Below are positions 1 through 9,893 of a stretch of 64,000 nucleotides of DNA, in pieces. Made by a program: the position numbers and the translations under genes. The DNA comes from Candidatus Latescibacterota bacterium (GTDB lineage Bacteria; Latescibacterota; UBA2968; GCA-2709665). The notes beneath the pieces are model-generated. The model saw only the letters and a list, made by a program, of their open reading frames with translations. It did not search any database and was not told the DNA's origin. The stretch covers positions 413,100-477,099 of the forward strand of contig CAXXJS010000010.1 in NCBI GenBank assembly GCA_963662665.2, read 5' to 3'. Numbering within the stretch: position 1 is the stretch's first letter; each line of letters opens with the position of its first letter.

Positions 1-832
1 TACCGCCGCAGTTACAGACGTCCGGGTTGATGACGTCGGCGGCGCGTTTGTCAAAGACGTCGCGGAACTCGGTTTTGGTGTAGAGTTCCTCGCCCGTGAC
101 AACCGGGATGCGGATGTTTCGTCTGGCTTCCGACAGGCCGTCGAGGTCGCGGGAAGAAACAGGTTCCTCGTACCAAAAGGGATTGAATGGCTCCATGGCG
201 CGCGCAACGCGGACGGCATGCGCCGGAGAGAGCCGGCGGTGCACTTCAACCAGGATATCCACGTCGGGCCCCACGGCCTCGCGTACGGCCCCCACCCGGT
301 CCACGGCGGCCTGCTCGTCCTTCTTGTCGATGATGCTGCGCCAGGGGCCGGGAAAGGGGTCGAACTTGAGCGCGGTGAACCCCCTCGCCACAACCGAGGC
401 CGCCCGTTCGGCGAGTTCCTCCAGCCCCTTCCCGGGGTCGTACCAGCTCCCCCAGCCATTGGCATAGACCTTGATCCTGGTCCTGCATGCGCCGCCGAGC
501 AGGTTGTAGACGGGCTGGTTCAGAGATTTGCCGACAATGTCCCACATCGCCTGTTCGATGGCGCTGATGGCGGCGTAGAGATCCATCGCGCCTCTCTTGC
601 TCGCGAAGTCCGTATACGCCGCGTACGTGAAATGCTTGATATCGAACGGCGACCGTCCGGTCAGGTAGCGTCCCAGTTCTTCCACGTGAACCTGGATGCT
701 CCGGTCCCTGTCGTGCTGGGTGTAGGCCTCGCCCCATCCGTGGATGCCAGCGTCGGTTTCCAGTTTGACAAAGAGCCAGTTTTTCGCGCTTCCCGGATGA
801 ACAAGGAAGGAATTGACGCGCTCAACCCGCAT
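1..832 (-). CDS. Mandelate racemase/muconate lactonizing enzyme family, galactonate dehydratase (DgoD)-like; runs off the window edge
   Basis: Manual translation from ATG at 832: MRVERVNSFLVHPGSAKNWLFVKLETDAGIHGWGEA...AIEQAMWDIVGK...GFTALKFDPF...VEVHRR...WYEEP...VTGEELY. Absent from the ORF track because there is no stop in the window. Confidence 0.85.
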   Translation of the reverse strand, partial: MRVERVNSFLVHPGSAKNWLFVKLETDAGIHGWGEAYTQHDRDRSIQVHVEELGRYLTGRSPFDIKHFTYAAYTDFASKRGAMDLYAAISAIEQAMWDIVGKSLNQPVYNLLGGACRTRIKVYANGWGSWYDPGKGLEELAERAASVVARGFTALKFDPFPGPWRSIIDKKDEQAAVDRVGAVREAVGPDVDILVEVHRRLSPAHAVRVARAMEPFNPFWYEEPVSSRDLDGLSEARRNIRIPVVTGEELYTKTEFRDVFDKRAADVINPDVCNCGG

Positions 833-884
833 TTCGTAAATGCTCCTGAGAGCCGTACCTGACACCCGATGGAAAACCGGGGCG

Positions 885-1652
885 CTAAATCATCAGATCT
901 CCGCCGTTGATGTCCAGCGACGCGCCGGTAATGTAGGCAGCCTGATCGGAGGCAAGGAAGGCGACAAGGTCGGCCACTTCCTCCGGTCTGCCAAGGCGGG
1001 GGATGGGAAAGCTCCGCGCGAAGGCGTGCGTACGGTCTTCGTCGATGGTTCCGCGAACCATTTCGGTATCGATCAGACCGGGACAAACGGCATTCACGGT
1101 AATGTTGAAAGGCGCGACCTCACTGGCCAGATGGCGGGTGAATCCCAGCACGCCGGCTTTGGCGGCGGTGTAGTGTGCGCCGCCCACGGTACTGATATTC
1201 TTGCCGGCGGTGGATGAGAAATTGACGATGCGCCCCCATCCCGCCTCCCGCATATGGGGGAGGACAGCCTTTGAGCAGAGAAAGGCGCCTTTCAGATTGA
1301 CGTCGATCACTCGATCCCATTCGTCTTCGTCGATGTCGATGACGCTGGTGGGGAAGAGGATGCCGGCGTTGTTGACCAGGATATGGACGGCGCCGAATGT
1401 ATCCGCCGTCCAGTCGACCATAGCTTGCACGCCGGGCGCATCGGTGACATCGGCCTGAAAGTGAAAGGCCCTGGTGAACGAGGAACGCAGCTCTTCGGCC
1501 GTACTTTCGGCGTTGGACTCGTCGAGGTCGTTAACGACGAGGTGAGCGCCGTTTTCCGCCAGGGTTCGGGCAACTGACCGGCCGATGCCCTGCCCGGCCC
1601 CGGTCACAATGGCGATGCGGTCCCGCAGGGGTTGCTGCCTGGCCATTTCCAT
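885..1652 (-). CDS. Classical SDR oxidoreductase (FabG-like)
   Basis: TGAGQGIG, NNAG and YxxxK (HYTAAK) motifs. Confidence 0.9.
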   Translation of the reverse strand: MEMARQQPLRDRIAIVTGAGQGIGRSVARTLAENGAHLVVNDLDESNAESTAEELRSSFTRAFHFQADVTDAPGVQAMVDWTADTFGAVHILVNNAGILFPTSVIDIDEDEWDRVIDVNLKGAFLCSKAVLPHMREAGWGRIVNFSSTAGKNISTVGGAHYTAAKAGVLGFTRHLASEVAPFNITVNAVCPGLIDTEMVRGTIDEDRTHAFARSFPIPRLGRPEEVADLVAFLASDQAAYITGASLDINGGDLMI

Positions 1653-1730
1653 GATATGCGTCCTCTCACAATTGCGGACGGCTGCCTGTGTGCCCGCATT
1701 GTCTTCAGTTGTCGTAATCGATAGGGAAGT

Positions 1731-2924
1731 TCATTCCGGTCCGACACCGAGGGCCTTGCCGACCTCCACAAAGGTATCGATGGCGCGGTCAAGTTGCGTT
1801 CGTGTGTGGGCCGCGGAGATCTGAACGCGGATCCGGGCCTCGCCCCTGGGGACCACCGGATAACTGAAGCCCACGACGAAAATACCACGCTCATTCATGG
1901 CGTGGGCCATTCGCACGGTCTGCCGTTCGTCGCCAATCATAATGGGGACGATAGGGTGGATGCCCCCCGGTATACTGAAGCCGCGCTGGCTCATTGTCTT
2001 CCTGAAGTATCGGGTGTTCCGCATCAGGGACCGTCGATATACCGGCCGCGTCTGTGCGAGTTCCAGCGCTTTCAATCCGCCCGCCGCAGTGGCCGGCGCC
2101 ACGGTGTTGGAGAAGAGGTAGGGACGGGAGCGCTGTCGCAAGTAATCGATGATTTCCCCACGGCCCGTCGTGAATCCTCCGGAAGCGCCGCCCAGGGCCT
2201 TTCCAAGCGTACTGGTGAGGATATCGATCCGGTCTTCAACGCCGCACAATTCAGGGGTGCCGCGGCCGTGGGCCCCCAGAAAGCCGGTTGCGTGGGAGTC
2301 GTCCACCATCACGAGCGCGTCGTGTGCGTCCGCGAGGCGACAGATCTCATCGAGCGGCGCCACGGCGCCGTGCATGGAGAATACGCCGTCTGTGGCTATC
2401 ATGCGGAAGCGGGCGTCCGCCGCATCCTCGAGCAGGGCTTTGAGGCGCGCCATGTCGGCATGGGGATAAATGCTGCGCCGCGCCTTGCAGAGTCGGATAC
2501 CGTCTATAATACTGGCGTGGTTGAGCGCATCGCTGATCACGGCGTCTTCCGGGCCGAGCAGGGTCTCGAACAGGCCCGCGTTGGCGTCGAAGCAGGAAGT
2601 ATAGAGAATGGTGTCATCTGTATTCAAAAACCTGGAGATACGACCCTCCAGGGTCTTGTGCAGGGTCTGTGTGCCGCAGATGAAGCGCACCGAAGCCAGG
2701 CCGTATCCAAACTCGTTCAACCCTTTCGCGGCCGCATTTACAATCTCCGGATGGTTGGCGAAGCCTAGATAATTATTGGCGCAAAAGTTGATGGCTTCAC
2801 CTTCCAGGGCTTCGATCCGCGTGTGCTGGGGTGTGGTTATCTGTCTTTCCGTCTTGTAGAAGCCGTTTTCCCGGATGGATTGCAATTCGTCCTGCAACCA
2901 CGATTTCATTCCGGCATAGGCCAT
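1731..2924 (-). CDS. kbl: Glycine C-acetyltransferase (2-amino-3-ketobutyrate CoA ligase)
   Basis: [48 protein letters not shown] motifs. Start moved to ATG 2924, preceded by GAGGGG. Confidence 0.92.
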   Translation of the reverse strand: MAYAGMKSWLQDELQSIRENGFYKTERQITTPQHTRIEALEGEAINFCANNYLGFANHPEIVNAAAKGLNEFGYGLASVRFICGTQTLHKTLEGRISRFLNTDDTILYTSCFDANAGLFETLLGPEDAVISDALNHASIIDGIRLCKARRSIYPHADMARLKALLEDAADARFRMIATDGVFSMHGAVAPLDEICRLADAHDALVMVDDSHATGFLGAHGRGTPELCGVEDRIDILTSTLGKALGGASGGFTTGRGEIIDYLRQRSRPYLFSNTVAPATAAGGLKALELAQTRPVYRRSLMRNTRYFRKTMSQRGFSIPGGIHPIVPIMIGDERQTVRMAHAMNERGIFVVGFSYPVVPRGEARIRVQISAAHTRTQLDRAIDTFVEVGKALGVGPE

Positions 2925-2972
2925 GTGGAACGCCCCTCGGATCGTTGTACGCTGCCCTCTCTTCCGGCATCC

Positions 2973-3001
2973 AAAATAGAAGAACCATGCAGGAAAATCA
3001 A
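2973..3001 (-). promoter_or_regulatory. Putative sigma70 promoter for kbl operon
   Basis: TTGATT-N17-TATTTT on the minus strand. Confidence 0.4.
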
Positions 3002-3048
3002 GCCGCATATGCCGCGCATTGTCCCGGATCCGGGAAGTATATTTCGCC

Positions 3049-3077
3049 TTGACATCAATTCGGACCATCATCATATT
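3049..3077 (+). promoter_or_regulatory. Putative sigma70 promoter
   Basis: TTGACA-N17-CATATT upstream of the CDS at 3217. Confidence 0.5.
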
Positions 3078-3216
3078 GGCCTTGATGATCGGGCGGAGGA
3101 CCCGTGAATTTTTCGTTCCGCTCAAAGTACCGGTGGCGGTCGATGCGCCATTCATTGGGGATATCCCGACAAAGGCGGACCACTTGTTCGCCCGTTGTTT
3201 CGAGAGGCGGTCTCCC

Positions 3217-4401
3217 GTGTCAGAATTCAAGAAAATAGCGGCAATTGTAACGACGTACTACCCGCGTTCGCACGCAGACGTCATTGTGACGAAGTTTTTG
3301 AAGGGATTTCCGTCGGATGACGGGTTGATACCGCCGCAGGTGGAAATCGCGTCCCTGTATATGGACCAGGTTCACGAGAATGACGTAGGGCTCGAACTGG
3401 CAAAGGAACACGGGGTGCCCGTCTACAACAGCATTCCGAAGGCACTGACGCTCGGTGGAGGGAAACTGGCGGTAGACGGCGTGTTGATTGTCGGCGAGCA
3501 CGGCGACTACGCCCGGAACGAGAAGGAGCAGCACATGTATCCGCGCCGGTTCTTCTTCGAGCAGGTTTGCGGGGTGTTTGCCGCGACCGGCAGGTCCGTT
3601 CCCGTGTTCAACGATAAACACCTGGCCTATGACTGGGGGAACTCAAAGTGGATGTACGACCGGGCGCAGTTGCTGAATGTTCCTTTCCTTGCCGGATCCT
3701 CCGTGCCGCTTGCCTGGCGAAATCCATATCTCGAATACGGGCTGGACACGCCTCTGGAAGAAGCGTTGTCAATCGGGTATTCGGGCCTGGACTCCTATGG
3801 ATTTCACGCGCTTGAACTCTTGCAGTGTATGGTCGAACGCAGGCGCGGCGGCGAGACCGGTATCGTTGCGGTGCAATGCCTGGAGGGAGATGCCGTGTGG
3901 CGGGCGGGGGACGAGGGGCGGTGGTCCCGCGAGCTTGCCGATGGCGCGCGTGAACCCATTGAAGCGAAGGTCGCGGGGGCAATGGAAGCCCACTGCCCCG
4001 ACCCGGCGGTCTTCCTGCTGGAATACGCCGACGGGTTGAAGGCTGCCACCCTGATGTTGAACGGATACACGCAGGGGTTCGGATACGCCGGCCGCGTTTC
4101 GGGTCGCGTCCGGGGGATGGAGGTGTTCCTGCCGGAAGACCCGCATGCCCATTTCAGCTATCTCAGCCGGAATATCCACGAACTCTTCATTACCGGCAAA
4201 CCGCCGTACCCGGTGGAACGTACACTGCTGGTGAGCGGGGCGCTGGATGCGCTGATGGATTCGCGCCACAGGGGGCACGCGCGGGTGGAGACGCCCAATC
4301 TCAGCGCAACCTACCGGTCTTACGATAGCCCTCCGATCCGGCCCACTGCGCCAAGGCCATCAGGTGCGAGCCTGGTTCCAATTGTGCCCTGGCGAAATTG
4401 A
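3217..4401 (+). CDS. Conserved hypothetical protein, remotely Gfo/Idh/MocA-like
   Basis: Long coding-like ORF, GTG start after GAGAGG; motifs [39 protein letters not shown]. Confidence 0.75.
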   Translation: MSEFKKIAAIVTTYYPRSHADVIVTKFLKGFPSDDGLIPPQVEIASLYMDQVHENDVGLELAKEHGVPVYNSIPKALTLGGGKLAVDGVLIVGEHGDYARNEKEQHMYPRRFFFEQVCGVFAATGRSVPVFNDKHLAYDWGNSKWMYDRAQLLNVPFLAGSSVPLAWRNPYLEYGLDTPLEEALSIGYSGLDSYGFHALELLQCMVERRRGGETGIVAVQCLEGDAVWRAGDEGRWSRELADGAREPIEAKVAGAMEAHCPDPAVFLLEYADGLKAATLMLNGYTQGFGYAGRVSGRVRGMEVFLPEDPHAHFSYLSRNIHELFITGKPPYPVERTLLVSGALDALMDSRHRGHARVETPNLSATYRSYDSPPIRPTAPRPSGASLVPIVPWRN

Positions 4402-4505
4402 ACGCAATTCTTCCGCCTGCGCCGTTTTGTCTGTGCCGCATTTCGGAACGCAGTACAAACCTTTAGATATGTACAAGTAAGTATGGCTCGTTGGAGGTCT
4501 GACGG

Positions 4506-5507
4506 ATGTCATTGAACGCGGCGGTCATCGGACTGGGTGTGGGCAGGGGACATATCTCTGCCTACCGGGAAGCCGGTGCGGCGGTAACGGCGATTTGCGA
4601 TGTCAACGAGGAGATACTGGAACAAGTCGGGGAGGAGCAGGGGGTGCGGCGCCGATATACGGATTATCGCGACCTGGCGGGGCAGGATGACATTGACGTG
4701 GTGTCGATCTGCACGCCCGACCATTTGCACGCCGACCCGGCCGTTGAGATGATGGCCTCCGGGAAGCACGTGCTTGTGGAGAAGCCGCTGGCCACGTCCT
4801 TCGAGGATATCGAAAGAATCGTGCAGACGTCCCGACACACGGGGCGTAAGGTGTCCCACGGATGTCAGATCCGGTTCGACCCGACGTTTCAGGAGTTGAA
4901 ACGCCAGGTCGAGGCGGGGTCGTTCGGCCGGTTGTTTTACGCCGAAGCGGACTACATTTCAAACCACTTGAATCTGTTCCAGGAGGGATGGCGCGGCAGG
5001 CTGGGTCCCCGCTACAATGCGGCGGCCGGCGGCAGCGTTCATCCCGTTGACGTGATCCAATGGATTGTCGACTCGCCCGCGGCGGAGGTGGCGGCTTACG
5101 GAAATGCCATATCCGCCGGCTCGCACGGTCTGGACCTTACCGATTGCATCGTGGGTATCATCCGTTTTGAGAACGGGTGCGTGGCCAAGACGTTTACAAC
5201 AATGGGTTCGGCCCGGCCCGGGTTTCGCAATGTGCAGATTTACGGCACGCGCAAGACGTTTCTAACCGCACAGGCGCCCCCCGCCCGTCTGGTCTCGGAT
5301 CTGCAGAGCCGGAAATGGAAGCCCATTGAGGTTGCGGACGATGGCGGCGACAGCCGGCGGACGCTGATAGAAGACCTGCTGCAAGCGATAGAAAACGACA
5401 CGGAGCCGCAGGTGAATCTGGTGCAGTCCGTCCGCACGGCGGGAATCTGCGTGGCGCTTTTTGAATCGGTGCGCTCGGGCAAGCCGGTGGCCGTACCCGG
5501 ATTCTGA
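4506..5507 (+). CDS. Gfo/Idh/MocA family oxidoreductase
   Basis: GLGVG, CTPDHLH, KHVLVEKP; GGAGG ribosome-binding site. Confidence 0.9.
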   Translation: MSLNAAVIGLGVGRGHISAYREAGAAVTAICDVNEEILEQVGEEQGVRRRYTDYRDLAGQDDIDVVSICTPDHLHADPAVEMMASGKHVLVEKPLATSFEDIERIVQTSRHTGRKVSHGCQIRFDPTFQELKRQVEAGSFGRLFYAEADYISNHLNLFQEGWRGRLGPRYNAAAGGSVHPVDVIQWIVDSPAAEVAAYGNAISAGSHGLDLTDCIVGIIRFENGCVAKTFTTMGSARPGFRNVQIYGTRKTFLTAQAPPARLVSDLQSRKWKPIEVADDGGDSRRTLIEDLLQAIENDTEPQVNLVQSVRTAGICVALFESVRSGKPVAVPGF

Positions 5508-5546
5508 CGTCCCGGGCAATACCATACACCAGCACGGAGTGTCGAG

Positions 5547-5891
5547 GTGGGCCTGGAGACGGTGGAAAATCCCCAGCCGGGCAGGTCGTATACAGTCGAG
5601 TTTGTCTTCCCGGAATTCACGGCCGTCTATCCGGTAACGAATGAGCCGTTTTTTGCGACGGTCACGATTCGGTACGTACCGTCCGCCAGGTGTATCGAAA
5701 CCGTATCGCTCAAACGGTATTTGGGATCATTCCGGAATGAGACGCTGCCTTACGAGGGGGCTGTCAACCGGATTCTGGATGATCTGGTCGCGGCGTGTCA
5801 CCCTGCCAGGATGGCGGTGATCGCCGAGTTCACGGTGCGAGGGGGAATTGCAACAACGGTAACCGTGGATGCGGCAGAAGCCGGGGAATAG
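5547..5891 (+). CDS. QueF-like T-fold protein lacking catalytic Cys and Asp (probable pseudo-enzyme)
   Basis: Colinear with the adjacent QueF: EFTAVYPVTNEPFF versus EFTSLCPLTGQPDF; shares NRILDDLV and RGGI. Confidence 0.8.
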   Translation: MGLETVENPQPGRSYTVEFVFPEFTAVYPVTNEPFFATVTIRYVPSARCIETVSLKRYLGSFRNETLPYEGAVNRILDDLVAACHPARMAVIAEFTVRGGIATTVTVDAAEAGE

Positions 5892-5927
5892 AACCGGTGC
5901 TGCGTTTTTCAGATCAGGGGGGCCGGC

Positions 5928-6308
5928 TTGCAGGCCGAGGCGAGTAAAATCCTGGAGGTCTTCGGGAATCCGCGACCGGAACGTCGGTACAAGATCGAGT
6001 TTACGTGCCGGGAATTCACTTCCCTGTGTCCCCTTACGGGGCAGCCGGATTTCGCCACGATCGTGGTGCGTTACGTGCCGGGTGAGAAGTGCGTGGAACT
6101 CAAGTCGCTCAAGCACTACTTCAGATCGTTTCGCGACAGGGGTGTCTTCTTTGAAGACGTGACGAACCGGATTCTGGACGATCTGGTACTGGTATGCGCT
6201 CCCGTGGAGATGGTGGTGGTTGGCCGGTTCAACGTCAGGGGCGGGATCGGACACGAAATCATCGCGCAATACGACCGCGAGCGAGGGGAACGTAGCGAGA
6301 CGGGATGA
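5928..6308 (+). CDS. queF: NADPH-dependent 7-cyano-7-deazaguanine reductase (preQ1 synthase), unimodular type
   Basis: EFTSLCPLTGQPDF with Cys and Asp, QueF motif ELKSLKHY, RGGI. Confidence 0.9.
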   Translation: MQAEASKILEVFGNPRPERRYKIEFTCREFTSLCPLTGQPDFATIVVRYVPGEKCVELKSLKHYFRSFRDRGVFFEDVTNRILDDLVLVCAPVEMVVVGRFNVRGGIGHEIIAQYDRERGERSETG

Positions 6309-6348
6309 ATCGGCGGTCGAGTGGTGAGGAATTTTTAGGACAGGACAT

Positions 6349-6371
6349 TAGCAGTCCGTTGAAAGAGTCGC
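6349..6371 (+). repeat. Copy of dispersed IS-end-like repeat
   Basis: CAGTCCGTTGAAAGAGTCGC, 18/20 identical to the copies at 7413-7432 (minus) and 17031-17050. Confidence 0.6.
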
Positions 6372-6426
6372 TCCGCATGCGGGGCCGCTTCGTAAAGTGG
6401 CGTCGCCTACCAGCGACCCGGTTCGT

Positions 6427-7254
6427 CTACCGAACGATGAACGACTTGAGGAACTTTGCGGAACGGCTGGCTGCTTCGTTCGGGGACAGCCGGCCGCCGA
6501 ACGCCTGGTGAACGGTAACGCAGCCGGTGTAGGAGATGGCGTGCAGCCCCTCGAAGACGCTGCCGAAGTCGATACCATTGCCGGCATCCAGCGGACGCAG
6601 GATGGACATTACGGTACCGTTCGCCCAGGTGGTCATCGGACGGTCGCCGTCGGGATGGGGCGCGTGGTTCTGGAGGTAGACATTGAACAGGTACGGCTGA
6701 AATCTTCGCAGCGTTTTCGGGCCATAGTCTTCCCCGCACAGGGCGAGGTTGGCAGGTTCATAGATCAGTCCGAAGTTGGATCTGCCAATTTTCCGGAGGA
6801 CGTCCAGGGAGCCGTCAACGGTTTCGAACAGACTGAGCGTGTGGCTCTGGTGGGCCAGGCGGATGTTTCGGTCGGAGGCTTCGTCTGCCGATTTCCTTGC
6901 GAACGGGATGTCGGCCTCGGTTTTGATGCAGACGCGAATGAGGTCGCTTCCCAGAGCCTGCGCCAGGTCGAGGTAGGGGGTTATGTCGCGCAGGCAGCCC
7001 GGGCCTTCGTCGCCGTTTTCGGGAACCGCAAAGTCGCCGGTGACCATTGAGACCGCAAGGTGTTCGCGGTCGAGTAACGTACGTGCGGATTCCACGTCTT
7101 CCGGCGTACTATTGACACCAACGACCGAAGCTCGCATGCATAGCGCGCCATACCCGGCCCTTCGAGCGATTCCCGCAAGGGCGGGCAGCGGTATGTCCAC
7201 GACCCGTTTGTTGTTGAAGCTTTCGGCAACACGTACGGAAAGCGAGAGTTCCAT
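6427..7254 (-). CDS. Sugar phosphate isomerase/epimerase (xylose isomerase-like TIM barrel)
   Basis: AP-endonuclease-2-like architecture: LIRV, LAHQSH, NFGLIYEPANL, YTGCVTVH. Confidence 0.75.
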   Translation of the reverse strand: MELSLSVRVAESFNNKRVVDIPLPALAGIARRAGYGALCMRASVVGVNSTPEDVESARTLLDREHLAVSMVTGDFAVPENGDEGPGCLRDITPYLDLAQALGSDLIRVCIKTEADIPFARKSADEASDRNIRLAHQSHTLSLFETVDGSLDVLRKIGRSNFGLIYEPANLALCGEDYGPKTLRRFQPYLFNVYLQNHAPHPDGDRPMTTWANGTVMSILRPLDAGNGIDFGSVFEGLHAISYTGCVTVHQAFGGRLSPNEAASRSAKFLKSFIVR

Positions 7255-7284
7255 AGGATATCCTCTTCCAGCACACCGGGCGGT

Positions 7285-7313
7285 AATTTACCCGCAGGAC
7301 TCTTGCTTGTCAA
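7285..7313 (-). promoter_or_regulatory. Putative sigma70 promoter
   Basis: TTGACA-N17-TAAATT, about 30 nt upstream of the ATG at 7254. Confidence 0.6.
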
Positions 7314-7350
7314 CCCGGGAATGTATCGTACCCGGCGAAGCATACACCTA

Positions 7351-7434
7351 AACAGCCCGTAGAAAAAGTCCATCCGGTCTGCGTCCGGCCCTTGTGGCCG
7401 AATGACTGCGTTGCGACTTTATCAACGGACTGTT
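7351..7434. mobile_element. MITE-like element with 20-bp imperfect terminal inverted repeats
   Basis: Left AACAGCCCGTAGAAAAAGTC; reverse complement of right end AACAGTCCGTTGATAAAGTC (17/20); intergenic, no ORF. Confidence 0.55.
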
Positions 7435-7527
7435 AACGGCGCGACCCATCGGGCAGGCGCCGCAACCCGCGTTTTCGATGGAGCAAACGCGAGGGCATCC
7501 CGGTCTGGGTGCCACCTCGACCGGTGA

Positions 7528-8838
7528 GTGAATGGAGGGACTTCGAAATTGCTGATGGCCGGTGCTGTAAAGAGGTGTGTTACGCCACCCACGTGGGTTC
7601 CGTATTTAACGTCTTCCGGTAACGGAACGTGCGAGCCGTTTAAGGGCGTCCACGACGATCTGCACGCCAGGGCCCTGGTGCTCGACGACGGCTGCCGGTC
7701 GGTTGCGGTATTGGCAGTGGACTCGATCGGATACGACAACGCGATTCTTGGGCCGCGGCGAAATTTCACGAAGGAGTTGCGCTCGCGGGTATCCGAAAGG
7801 ACGGGCTTATCCGAAGAAGGGATTATGCTTTCAGCCACCCACTCCCACTCTACCCCCGAAACCATTGGCTTGACACCGTTTCGGGAAACCGAGGGGATCC
7901 AGTATTGGCTGGAGGCGCACCTGGAAACACTGGTGTCGACGGTTACCGAAGCGTGGGATAAACGGGCGGCGGTCCGGGCTTTCGCGGGGCAAACGCAGGT
8001 ATCCGGTGTCGCCCGTCACAGGCGAATTACTCTGAAAGACGGTACATTGAACCGTGGTGACGCTCTGCCGTCACTGGAAGAAGCCGCCGGACCCTGGGCA
8101 GTGGATGAAGCGCTGTCCGTCCTCTATCTCGAAGCGGTCACCGGAGAACCCCATGCGGTGATGGTGAACTATGCCGCGCATCCGGTCGTGGCCATGTTGC
8201 TGCCGCCGGTGTCGGCGGATTATCCGGGCGCCCTGGCGGCCTGCGTGGAGGAAAGTCTGGACGGCGCGGCATGTCTTTTTGTCAACGGTGCGTGCGGCAA
8301 TGTGAACTCAGTTCACGTGACGACCAATTTCGAAGACGTGTCCCGAATCGGAAAAACGCTGGGCCAGGCGGCGCTGGGGGAGATTGCACGGCTGAAGAAT
8401 GGTGCTCCGCTCCGGTACACCGACGTGGCCTGCGTCACGGATCAACTGGAACTGGATGCAAGGCCCTGTCCGCCGCCCGAAGAGGCGGAGAAAGTGGAGG
8501 CGCGGAATCCTTCCACCGAAAACCGGCGTGCGTTGCGGCTCGCACGAAAACTCGCTGAAGTACCGCTTCAGGTCGAAGTACAGGCAATGGCGCTGGGTCC
8601 GTTGCGCTGGGTCGCGATTCCGGGGGAGGTATTCGTGGAGACCGGGCTCGCGATCAAACAAGCGGGCGCCTGGTTCGTAACCGGCAACGCAAATGGATGG
8701 ATCGGGTATTTTCCTATTCACAGAGCCTATGCGGAGGGCGGATACGAGGTGGTGGCCGGACCGTGGTCCCGGGTTGCGCCAGGGAGTGCCGAACGGCTTG
8801 AGTCGGTGTGTGTCCGCCTGATGGAACGGTTCCCGTAG
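7528..8838 (+). CDS. Neutral/alkaline ceramidase-like hydrolase
   Basis: HDDLHARALVL, SATHSHSTP, NYAAHP, SADYPG, NGACGNV, IPGEVF, GGYE motifs. Confidence 0.75.
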   Translation: MNGGTSKLLMAGAVKRCVTPPTWVPYLTSSGNGTCEPFKGVHDDLHARALVLDDGCRSVAVLAVDSIGYDNAILGPRRNFTKELRSRVSERTGLSEEGIMLSATHSHSTPETIGLTPFRETEGIQYWLEAHLETLVSTVTEAWDKRAAVRAFAGQTQVSGVARHRRITLKDGTLNRGDALPSLEEAAGPWAVDEALSVLYLEAVTGEPHAVMVNYAAHPVVAMLLPPVSADYPGALAACVEESLDGAACLFVNGACGNVNSVHVTTNFEDVSRIGKTLGQAALGEIARLKNGAPLRYTDVACVTDQLELDARPCPPPEEAEKVEARNPSTENRRALRLARKLAEVPLQVEVQAMALGPLRWVAIPGEVFVETGLAIKQAGAWFVTGNANGWIGYFPIHRAYAEGGYEVVAGPWSRVAPGSAERLESVCVRLMERFP

Positions 8839-8936
8839 CAAGGCGTCTGATAAGGGCGTAAATTAACCTTGCCGAAGAACCTGGCTTTTGTATATTTTGG
8901 ACCGCGTTTCGGGCGAAGAGGAATCTGAGGAATCCG

Positions 8937-9608
8937 ATGATTGAAGTCAAGATCGACATCGAACGCACGCTGAACGCGTTACGACCCGTCCAGGTTTCCC
9001 AACCGCGCATGATCTGGCTTTGCAGCCGCGAGGACAACGTACTGCTGCCGATCGTGATCGGCCTTATGGAGGCCAGCGCCATCTACGCCGAACTGACGAA
9101 CGAACGCCCCCCGCGACCGCTTACACACGACCTGGTCCGGTCCATTCTGGGCCAACTCGATACTACAATAGAAGGTGTCTACATTGTGGCGTTGAAAGAA
9201 GGAATCTTTTACGCGGAACTGGCGCTCTCGCGCGGCGCGAAACGCTGGCGGGTCGACGCCCGTCCAAGCGATTGCTTTGCCCTGGCGTTACGTTACGAGG
9301 CGCCCATATACGTATCGGAGGCCGTATTAACCGAGGCCGGACACGAGGATCAGCCCGGTGTCGGCGCCGAGGAACCCGAGGCGATCGAAGCCTGGGCGCC
9401 GCCCAAGTTGTCGGAGGAAACGGAAGAAGCCGTGATGACGGTCGCGGAAGTTCCCAAGGGCGGGACTGCCGATTCCGGAGACCCTCTCGAGGTTCAAATC
9501 ATCGATCTTCAAAGAAAGATGGAACAGGCCAGCCGGCAGGAGCGATACGAGGAGGCCGGGCGACTGCGAGACGAAATAGACAGGTTGAAAAACAGCCGGG
9601 AAGAATGA
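8937..9608 (+). CDS. Bifunctional nuclease (DUF151) with C-terminal UVR domain
   Basis: LPIVIGLMEA, RPLTHDL, DARPSD; C-terminal ERYEEAGRLRDEI. Confidence 0.88.
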   Translation: MIEVKIDIERTLNALRPVQVSQPRMIWLCSREDNVLLPIVIGLMEASAIYAELTNERPPRPLTHDLVRSILGQLDTTIEGVYIVALKEGIFYAELALSRGAKRWRVDARPSDCFALALRYEAPIYVSEAVLTEAGHEDQPGVGAEEPEAIEAWAPPKLSEETEEAVMTVAEVPKGGTADSGDPLEVQIIDLQRKMEQASRQERYEEAGRLRDEIDRLKNSREE

Positions 9609-9623
9609 GATAGGCCAACCCGG

Positions 9624-9668
9624 CACACAATAAGCGGATGAGCGTGGTTCTCATCCGCTTATTGTGTG
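9624..9668. terminator. Perfect 19-bp hairpin, probable terminator or transcript stabiliser
   Basis: CACACAATAAGCGGATGAG-cgtggtt-CTCATCCGCTTATTGTGTG just after the stop at 9608. Confidence 0.7.
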
Positions 9669-9893
9669 TACGACCGTCACAATGCGAATTTCATCCTGCG
9701 TGCGCCGGGTTCGGTGGTGTTGCCGGCCACAGTGATCACGGCAAGGCAAAAGTCTGGCGTTTTTCATGTTGACAGGGGGTTCATCCTGTACATTTATGGA
9801 ACACTAAGGCCGATGAACGGGGTGCATTGGCTGCGGTGCGGATAACGCAGTTTCCATCTAACTCCAACTCCCCATTACAGAAGGAGACACACG

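Noticed and set aside
218-862. Plus-strand 214-aa ORF and the many other long antisense ORFs (e.g. 1794-2768, 15337-16173, 17900-19000, 61274-62185)
   Set aside because: They are shadows of well-supported opposite-strand genes, expected in GC-rich DNA, and carry no recognisable motifs.
2925-3230. Apparent head-to-head overlap of the extended kbl ORF and the 3019 ORF
   Set aside because: True starts with SD sequences are at 2924 and 3217; the interval is a divergent promoter region.
5508-5546. Possible preQ1 riboswitch upstream of the queF pair
   Set aside because: Short spacer without the hairpin plus A-rich tail of class I or features of the other classes.
9769-9800. TTGACA upstream of the DUF5069 gene as a sigma70 promoter
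   Set aside because: The best -10 candidate (TACATT) is only 14 nt away, so the spacing is unconvincing.
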